This document shows positions 16,940-25,100 of a stretch of DNA of 64,000 nt, piece by piece. How positions within the stretch are numbered: position 1 is the stretch's first letter; every line of letters begins with the position of its first letter. Position numbers and translations under genes: made by a program. Source of the DNA: a virus (lineage: Duplodnaviria; Caudoviricetes); the IMG/VR virus record IMGVR_UViG_3300025078_000002, positions 10,830 to 74,829 of that record. One strand, written 5' to 3'. The notes under the pieces are model-generated. The model had not been told where the DNA came from. It did no database searches and saw only the letters and a list, made by a program, of their open reading frames with translations.

Positions 16940-17830
16940 ATGAGATTTTTTAATATAAACATTGAAGGTCCTGACTGTAGTGGTAAAACTACGTTATACA
17001 ATAGACTCCATAAAGAAACAAGCTTTAAGTATAACATACAAGACAGAAGTTGTATGTCTATGTTTGTTTACGCAAAGATGTATGGAAGAGAAGACACTTC
17101 ACTTTGGTTTGACAAAGTTTTAGATGATCTAAAACGATTGGATACACTTTATATTGTGTTACTCCCGTCTGAAAGTGTTGTGCTTGATAGATTGCGCGTT
17201 AGAGGGGATGATTTTCAAGATGAAATAAGTGTTTTAGATGTAAGAAATCATTTTAGAAATATATCAAAAATGGGTTTTGGTTCTTTTCCAAATGTGTTAG
17301 TATTAGAAGGAGACGACTTAGAGAAGAACGTTGAAGTTGCATTGTCATTTATTGACGCATTGAATGATATGCCCGGGCAGGAATTGATAAAGTCTTTAGT
17401 ATTTAATAGTGGCAGAAATGAGTTGATTGATGTTGAGTGTAAAGAAGTAGTTGATAGAAGTAGTCTAGACTTGACAGTTTTAGATTTTCCTGAAGAAAAA
17501 GAATATTTTGAAAAAATTGAGTTTGAGTTTTTTAATAAAATATTTAGAGAGTTTGTGGGTTTAAACGAGCATAATAAATCACAAAAGCATGATAGTAGAA
17601 GATTTATATACACTAGTGATAGTTGTATATCGATGATACATTTTTTGTGGCGTCAAAATAAATTAAATGTGTCGGCGTCTCTAAGGTCTTCAAATGTATC
17701 GAAAACTTTGTGGGCTGATTATGAATTTCTTAAGATACTTAGTGTAAGAGCAGCCAAAGAGATGTCTTTACCTGAAGACATTGAGATAAATTTAACAGTC
17801 AATATTAGGTCTGCACATATTGTCCCTTAG
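16940..17830 (+). CDS. dNMP (thymidylate) kinase-like domain fused to a truncated thymidylate-synthase-superfamily domain
   Basis: IEGPDCSGKTT P-loop and QDRS; C-terminal SRR...SCISMIHF...LRSSN...D. Confidence 0.7.
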   Translation: MRFFNINIEGPDCSGKTTLYNRLHKETSFKYNIQDRSCMSMFVYAKMYGREDTSLWFDKVLDDLKRLDTLYIVLLPSESVVLDRLRVRGDDFQDEISVLDVRNHFRNISKMGFGSFPNVLVLEGDDLEKNVEVALSFIDALNDMPGQELIKSLVFNSGRNELIDVECKEVVDRSSLDLTVLDFPEEKEYFEKIEFEFFNKIFREFVGLNEHNKSQKHDSRRFIYTSDSCISMIHFLWRQNKLNVSASLRSSNVSKTLWADYEFLKILSVRAAKEMSLPEDIEINLTVNIRSAHIVP

Positions 17831-17839
17831 GAGAAGAAA

Positions 17840-18403
17840 GTGAATCCCAGTTTTATAGTGTATACAGGTCCTATGTTTGGTTCGAAGACTACGAGATTGA
17901 TGGGTGAAATTGATCGTGCTACATATCGAGGTAGAAAAGTTATAGCGTTTAAAGCTAAAAAAGATAAGCGATATAGTGTTGACAAGATAAGCACACATAG
18001 TGGAGGAAGATTTCCTGCTTTTTGTATTGAGAATGCTGAGGAGATTTTTAATTATTTAGATGAGCAAGATTGTAATTCTAATACTTTGGTCGCTGTTGAT
18101 GAAGGGTTTATGATTGAGGGGATTGATAATGTGCTTATAAGTCTTTATAGAAAGGGAGTATCAGTTGTGATAGCATCGATACAGTTAGATGCGAATGAGA
18201 TTCCTTTTGAAAGTATAAAGAACATATTACCGTGGGCTACAAAAATTGAAATATGTCCGGCTGTTTGTACAGATTGTGATCAAGATGCGTATTTTACAGA
18301 GGCAATGTTTGATATTCATAATGCAACAGCAGAAGAAAAAGTTGGTTCTCACGGAATGTATGAGCCAAGATGTGCAAAACATTATTCTACTTTTAAAGAA
18401 TAG
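17840..18403 (+). CDS. tdk: Thymidine kinase
   Basis: GPMFGSKTT, VDEG, CTDC...YEPRC zinc site. Confidence 0.92.
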   Translation: MNPSFIVYTGPMFGSKTTRLMGEIDRATYRGRKVIAFKAKKDKRYSVDKISTHSGGRFPAFCIENAEEIFNYLDEQDCNSNTLVAVDEGFMIEGIDNVLISLYRKGVSVVIASIQLDANEIPFESIKNILPWATKIEICPAVCTDCDQDAYFTEAMFDIHNATAEEKVGSHGMYEPRCAKHYSTFKE

Positions 18404-18436
18404 TTATCTTATAATAAACTACAAACGGGTTATATA

Positions 18437-19522
18437 ATGAATCAATTAATAGAAAATTATGTTAAAGTCTTTTTAAATGAGTCAACGCGAGACGAAAACT
18501 TTCAAGAATTAATTAAAATATTGTCATCTCAGAGAGTCAAAGACGGAGACACATCAGAAAAAATAAGTATTTTTTCAAAGATATACGATGATATGTTACG
18601 AGCATCACATTATCGAAACTTTTTTCACGAAGGAAATTTTGATCAAATAAAAGATATAATAAATAGAACTGCAACAAAACAAAATGTAAAAGACGCAATT
18701 AAGCACTTTAGCGCCCAAATGGAGACTTTGCCTGAAAATGAAAGAATTTTAAAAGGTTCATGGTGTCAAATAAACTTAAAAAATATTAATACAAATCGTA
18801 GTATAACGAGAGGACAGTTAGACGATACTGAGGTTTCTCAAAACAATGCATCACACGTGCTAAGAACTCATCAAATGTATTTTACACTACAGCATAAAGA
18901 CTTGCAGTTTGATAAGTCACTTTCTCCAAAAAAATTAGAAAAAGCATTTGGTGAACATATTAAAAATTTTGCTGATGCGATGTTAGAGGTAAAAGACTTT
19001 GCAGAAATAAATAATGTAATAGAAAGTATACAAATTACTGAGTTTAAGACGATAAATGTATTAAACCATTCAGTTGATGATTTATTAAAGAATCACAAGA
19101 ATAGCTTTGTAAAATATTTTACTGATGCTGATAATTTAAAAATTTATCTGTCAGGTGCTGATAGAGGTCAAACTGATTTGCAATCTAAAAAACAAAAAAT
19201 ATATGAAAAGGTCATACAAGTATTTGAAAGCAAAGGATTTGTCAATACAGAAAGAGATCGACAAATTTTTGGTGTTGATTTTGATATTATTAGAGCTGAT
19301 AAGACGTCAAAAAGAACTTCGTACGGCGCTGTAACTGCTTACGTTTTAATGAATAATCTATTTAAAAGTGAAAGCGCAAGAAATAAAATTATTAATGGCA
19401 GTCAAAAAGAATTTTGGAGTTTAGTTAACAAATCAGAAGACTGGATAAATGATCCAGATAATTCTACAACTATTGCAAAATTGATTGTAAATCCTCTTAA
19501 TAGCATTTATTTTAGAGACTAA
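18437..19522 (+). CDS. Leader-bearing hypothetical protein
   Basis: MNQLIENYVKVFLNES; ATAGTTA box at 18400-18406 upstream. Confidence 0.7.
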   Translation: MNQLIENYVKVFLNESTRDENFQELIKILSSQRVKDGDTSEKISIFSKIYDDMLRASHYRNFFHEGNFDQIKDIINRTATKQNVKDAIKHFSAQMETLPENERILKGSWCQINLKNINTNRSITRGQLDDTEVSQNNASHVLRTHQMYFTLQHKDLQFDKSLSPKKLEKAFGEHIKNFADAMLEVKDFAEINNVIESIQITEFKTINVLNHSVDDLLKNHKNSFVKYFTDADNLKIYLSGADRGQTDLQSKKQKIYEKVIQVFESKGFVNTERDRQIFGVDFDIIRADKTSKRTSYGAVTAYVLMNNLFKSESARNKIINGSQKEFWSLVNKSEDWINDPDNSTTIAKLIVNPLNSIYFRD

Positions 19523-19558
19523 TAATTGTTTTTGTTTTAAATTTAAAAGAGAAAAAAA

Positions 19559-20446
19559 TTGAAAAAAATAAACGTTCCTTTTGTTCCAAGTAATTTAGGA
19601 ACACGTTTCAAATCATCAGACGTTTGGTTTGTTTATCAAAGCAAAAAGTTTGTTAAGTCAATAAGACCTAAAAAGTATGAAGATATTTATAATGGAAAAG
19701 CATATCAGAAATATGAAAAGTGTTATAGGGAGCATATAAAGTATCATCCTAAAGAAATTTCGTTTGTAAAAGCAAGTTTATTTAATGCGACTGATATTGT
19801 TACACCTGAGCAGATTTTAATGAATCAAGGTTATACGTATTATTTTAAGTTGTTGCCGTCGCAAATTGAAAAGTGTCTATTTGCGGTTACGATTGATGGT
19901 GAGTGTGTATTGGTAAAAGGAGTGCAGGGTTTTGCAGCTGCGTATAAAGTTTGGAGTGAAAGAGAATTTAAGGAAGAAGACGAAAGTATATTAACAGATA
20001 AAGCTGTTGATAATATAGAAGTTATAATTCCTTTTAAGGTTAAGCCTCAATATTATATACCTGAAGTTAAGAAAAGAATGTTTTATCACGGTAGTAAAGA
20101 AAGGTTTAAATCTTTAAACAAGTTTTCTTATGTGACGCCTTACAAAGAAGATGCAATTAAGTTTGCAATACCTTGGTCTACTAGTGAGTTGCTTATGGGA
20201 GACAATGAAATGTTTAATTTAGGTAGACCGCCGCAAAGGCTTTTGTTTAAAAGGGGAGTAGACATAAATGATAGTAAAGTTTATCTATATTCTATAAAGG
20301 GTATTGATACAATAAGTTCTGGATCAAATACAGGAAAGATATTTCCTTGGAATAGAATAACTTTGAAAGAAGCGTCTGAAGAAGGTAAAAGTCTTAAGCT
20401 TGAAAAGAAAATAATGTCTTGGAAAAAAGAATTAAACACTTACTAA
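19559..20446 (+). CDS. Two-domain protein with C-terminal Arr/ART-like domain
   Basis: FYHGS...YVTP..EDAIKFA...YLY...KIFPWNR. Confidence 0.5.
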   Translation: MKKINVPFVPSNLGTRFKSSDVWFVYQSKKFVKSIRPKKYEDIYNGKAYQKYEKCYREHIKYHPKEISFVKASLFNATDIVTPEQILMNQGYTYYFKLLPSQIEKCLFAVTIDGECVLVKGVQGFAAAYKVWSEREFKEEDESILTDKAVDNIEVIIPFKVKPQYYIPEVKKRMFYHGSKERFKSLNKFSYVTPYKEDAIKFAIPWSTSELLMGDNEMFNLGRPPQRLLFKRGVDINDSKVYLYSIKGIDTISSGSNTGKIFPWNRITLKEASEEGKSLKLEKKIMSWKKELNTY

Positions 20447-21010
20447 GATTGGGTTAAATTGTATTTGTCTAGTAGGATTATATTTGTTGTTTTGATCAAT
20501 ATAATATTTAGCAGCATTTAAGTTTTGTTCATTGTCTTCCCAGAAATTAACTTCTTTAGCATAACTATATGAATTAAGTAAGCGTTCAATGATTTCTGTT
20601 TTATATTGAGATGTACTTCCTGAGAATCTTAATGGTTTATAGTATAGACAGTTTTGGTCAAACTTCAATCCTTTTAGACGTAGTAACTTATTAGTAACAT
20701 AAACAATCTCATCAGTATCACTTCTTGCAGTACATAGTACTGTTAATGAGTTTCTATCAATCATTGATTTTTTTACAGCGTTAATAGTATTCTCAATCCA
20801 TAAAGAGTCTAAGTTATCATCGTAATAAGCTTGATTTAAAGATTCTTCAGAATTCCACCAGTAACCTGATTCTGTTGTATTCCAATGATCAGGTGCAGAC
20901 ATTGATTTAAACAACGTCATATCAAAATCAAATATATTGATAACTTTTATAAATTCTTTATTTTCTTTTAAGATTGTTTTGATATAATTTTCAAGTAGTA
21001 AAATAGACAT
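20432..21010 (-). CDS. HAD-superfamily phosphatase-like protein with leader
   Basis: IFDFDMTLF (motif I), LCTAR (II), FWEDN (IV); start moved to MSILLLENYIKTILKEN. Confidence 0.75.
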   Translation of the reverse strand: MSILLLENYIKTILKENKEFIKVINIFDFDMTLFKSMSAPDHWNTTESGYWWNSEESLNQAYYDDNLDSLWIENTINAVKKSMIDRNSLTVLCTARSDTDEIVYVTNKLLRLKGLKFDQNCLYYKPLRFSGSTSQYKTEIIERLLNSYSYAKEVNFWEDNEQNLNAAKYYIDQNNKYNPTRQIQFNPILVSV

Positions 21011-21029
21011 ATAGCCTCGGAGTAATTTA

Positions 21030-21449
21030 ATGTTAGATATAAATAGGCCTTCTTGGGACAAAATCTGGATGAAGATGGCAGAAACAATTGCGCAGCGTAG
21101 TCATCACCCTACATTTAAGGTAGGAGCAATCATAGTAACGTCAGATAATACTCAAGTGCTTTCTTTAGGGTATAATGGTAATGCCAAGGGAATGTCAAAC
21201 GTACCTCAATCTGATGTACCTGGTTGTAGTGGTTTGCTGCACGCTGAGATAAATGCTTTATTAAAGTTAGATTTCAATAATCCAAAAGACAAAGTTATGT
21301 ATCTGACGTTAAGTCCTTGTAAAAATTGTGCTATGGCTGTAATTAATAGTGGTGTAAAAGAAGTTGTATATAAAGAAGAGTATAGAGATAAGACAGGTAT
21401 TAATTTATTGAAAGGTTCTGGGATAAAAATTAGAAAGATTAATATATAG
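21030..21449 (+). CDS. dCMP deaminase-family protein
   Basis: KVGAII, GYNG, HAEINAL, PCKNC. Confidence 0.9.
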   Translation: MLDINRPSWDKIWMKMAETIAQRSHHPTFKVGAIIVTSDNTQVLSLGYNGNAKGMSNVPQSDVPGCSGLLHAEINALLKLDFNNPKDKVMYLTLSPCKNCAMAVINSGVKEVVYKEEYRDKTGINLLKGSGIKIRKINI

Positions 21450-21472
21450 TTTATACGAAGTTAGGTTTTATT

Positions 21473-22084
21473 GTGGCAACAAAAAGTTTAAAAGAGCATT
21501 ACGGATATTTGTTTGAGGAAGAAAATAAGAAAAAGACAATATTGTTTACCAACAATTTCAGCATTGCTTCTGATGAAGATGCTGTTTCTATTATTTTAGC
21601 ATTTGATGTTTTGAATTCTTTTTTAAACAATGATAATAAAACAATGTTACAGCACGCCTTCCAAGGTGACAAGGTAAAAGGAAATACTGGTATTAATATA
21701 AATACAGGTAGGGAGATTAAGTTTGATAAACTATCAAGCCCGTCTGGATTGAATTTAGATAATCCTGTTAAGTTTGCTAATAACGAAAAAGATGAAGTCA
21801 ACAGCACAAACAATATTAAAAATTTTACTATTTTAGCAAATCAAGCAATAGAGTATTTTGAGTCTAAAGGTTTTACAAGTATTGTACTAGAACAAAACAA
21901 TAAAAAAAAGATTAAAAGAGCTCAACTCAATTTAGCAGCAAATAGACTTTTTGATGACAAGCTAAAACCTATTATTAATCACAAAAATCAAAAAATAAAC
22001 TTAAACAATCTTGTTAACTACTTTAGGAAAAATATTGACAATTTTTACAAGCCTACTGTTGAAAAAGAACAAGGCGAAAAATAA
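21473..22084 (+). CDS. Leader-bearing protein, paralog of the N-terminus of 22187-28087
   Basis: SLKEHYGYLFEEE versus SLKEGFDFLFENE, with colinear similarity over about 190 aa. Confidence 0.7.
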   Translation: MATKSLKEHYGYLFEEENKKKTILFTNNFSIASDEDAVSIILAFDVLNSFLNNDNKTMLQHAFQGDKVKGNTGININTGREIKFDKLSSPSGLNLDNPVKFANNEKDEVNSTNNIKNFTILANQAIEYFESKGFTSIVLEQNNKKKIKRAQLNLAANRLFDDKLKPIINHKNQKINLNNLVNYFRKNIDNFYKPTVEKEQGEK

Positions 22085-22186
22085 ATCAAAATCAAATAAG
22101 TACCTTTTCATTTTTATTTAAACAAAATTTATAGTAATGTAATAATATATAGAATAAATAGAAAAAAAATATCAAGAGGTGTATTA

Positions 22187-25100
22187 ATGGATAGCAGTAA
22201 AATATCGCTCAAAGAAGGCTTTGACTTTTTATTCGAAAATGAAGATAAATCAAAGAAATACGAAATTGTATGGAAAAAAGATAGCGTTGAGCCAAAGAAC
22301 ATAAAAGATTGCGTAGCTTATATTTTAACAACAGACATAGTAGTTACAGCAATAAAAAACGAAGATGAGCCCCTTATTTTAAAACTTCTTAGAGATCCTG
22401 GTATTTCAAAAGATATTGATTATGCGCAAGGTAAGACTATAAGCTTTTCTATATTGAAAAACAAAGTAAAGAGTTTTAACGGTTTTAAAACTTTCTACAA
22501 TATAAACAATGACAACGTAAAAAATATTAGTGTTTTTAATAGTATTGGTCAAGTTTACGTTCAAAGTGTAAATAAGCTAGTTGATTCTGGCGCAACTAGA
22601 ATGATGCTTGAAGCAAAGCAAAATGTTCTTAAAATAGACAAAGCTAGATATTTACAAATGTTTAGGACATTTAAATCACAAAACTTAATTCCTAAACAAA
22701 AAAATCAAGTTAAAATAAACTTTACAAAAATATTTGAATCTATTTCTTCGAGAATTGAAAATGAAGGTCTTTTAAAGACTTCAAGTAAAGAAGGAAAATA
22801 CGAAAAAGATGAAAAGTATACAGAGTTAAGTGATCATGAAAAAGTGTATGAAGCTTCTGTATATTTCTTCAAGAAACTATCTACGGATCAAAAAAGAGGA
22901 TTTGGTGGCAAGAAGAAAATAGAAGACTTTTTAAATTTGTTGTCTTCTAGAAAAGAAAGCTCTGTTGCTGATCTTGTACGACAATTTAAAGACAGTTGGA
23001 ATTTAACATCAAAAAGTGTTTCCAAGTATATTGAAAAGCAATTTGATGAAATGATCAATAGCATACTGACATCAGAATCAAAAGAAGAAGTTAAAGTTAA
23101 TATTGAAAAAATAGCTGAAGATCTCCCAGAAGATGACATCACTCTTCTTTCTCCTTCTGAATTTGATGAATTGCTTGGACAAGATACAGATACACAGCCA
23201 GAAGACAAAGAGTACGATATATCTGTATTACTTGATGGTCTAGCAACTTTGGTAAAATCGTTTGAACAAGAAACTGTTGGGTGTATTAAACTCGCTAAAG
23301 TTTGGTTAAGCGCTGTCAAGAAGGAAGATTGGAAAGATAACTTATTACCTACATTGGAAAAAATGGTTACAAAATCATTGACGTTAAAACTTAGTTATGA
23401 CTCTATTAAAAATGTTGATAATAAACTTTTGAGGCTTATAGAAGATGAAGGTGGTGAAGAAGAGAAAGGAAAGATACAAAAGCTAAGTGATAGATTAGAA
23501 AGACGCAATACAGAGTTTAAGAGTGCTACAGATGAAATTTTAAAGTCCCTTGAAAGTCTAAAAGATCAAGATATAGAAATAGACATTAAATCAAGTCAAA
23601 TTGATCAAGGTCTTACTACGATTTATAGTCTTGATAATGATGAAGCTGCTGCTTTGAAAGCTCTTGGTGCTGATATTGAAGATGGAGCTGATAGTAGTGA
23701 AGCTAAGGATGATCTTTACAAAACTTTTGTGCCGCAGGGTCTTGATGTTAGACTAGACGGCGACAAACTTTCTCCAGACGCTGGTCCTGATACTATTAAC
23801 AGAGAAATCGGTGATACTGTAAATGATAGAGGCGATTCACCAGAAGAAGACGCTTTTGCCGAGAAGCTTGGCGCTGCTGACGAAGAAGAAATTGATGCTT
23901 CAGAAATCTTTCAAATTCAAACGGAACTTGAAGAACCAAGTGACGAAGATAATTTTATGCAAAGTTTTGGCGTAATAACATCTTTCCTCTATGAAAGATA
24001 TCCAGGAATGCAAAGTGAAATAGAATCAAGTCTAGTTGGTGAAAAATCAATTACAGATTTAAAGGTTTTACTTGTTACATTTAGCGATAGAGTTAACAAA
24101 GAAATTGTTTTACAATCTACAGATAGTTTTGATGAAACAGCAGATACAAATTCTATTAAAATACTTAATAAATCAATTAAAAACTTATCAGCATTTGGTG
24201 AAAAAAATATAGATGGAATAATCTTTGAAAGTGCTGCAGCACAAAAATATAAGATTAAGCTTTCAAAAGAAGGATTTTTAAAGTCTGTCAAGGTCTTTAT
24301 AAAAAATGCTAAAATATTTAGATATCAAAAAGACATTTTTGAATTCCCGACATCTTTTATATTGAATTTTCAGTATGAAAAAATCAATTCATCTACTGGA
24401 AACAGCGTTGCGACTGGTTTGAAACAGTTTCTTACAACTACTGGTGATACAACTATAAAAGCACAATCTACTGCTGAGAATAAACTTACTTTAAGTTCAG
24501 ACACATTTCCAGAAAATTTAGTTGTAGTAGACTATGATGATCTCAATACAATAAATTTGACGCTTAATGATTCAAACAAAACTTCTATTGATGATACGCA
24601 AATTGATGGCTACACATTAGTAAAGTTTTTGGATCAAGTAAAAATGGAGACACCAACTGTTATTCAAGACATAAGTGATAAAATGGATACGTTAAAAGCT
24701 GCTAGTGTCGATGAACTTTCAAAAGACATAGCTAATAAAGATCTTGATGAAGACACAGCAAAAGAAGCAGTCAGTCAGATTGTAGAACCCGAACAAGATT
24801 TAGATCAAAAGAAAGTAGAATCTGTAAATAGCATACAAGAACTTTTAGATGACAAAGTCATTAAAAAAATGTCGGATACTTTGTATCGAGATGGTAGCGA
24901 GTTAATTAATGTCATTTCTAGCACGTCTGCACTTGATTTTGCAGCTATGAAATCAGGCGACGAGCAAGCAACAATAAACTTCAAATCTTCGCTTGCAGTC
25001 CAGCTTAATCCTAATATTAATCTTTTAAAACCAATGATTAACGATATTTTTAAAGGCGAGTTAACACCTGTTTTTGATTCCTTATTCCTAGGAAGAGAAA

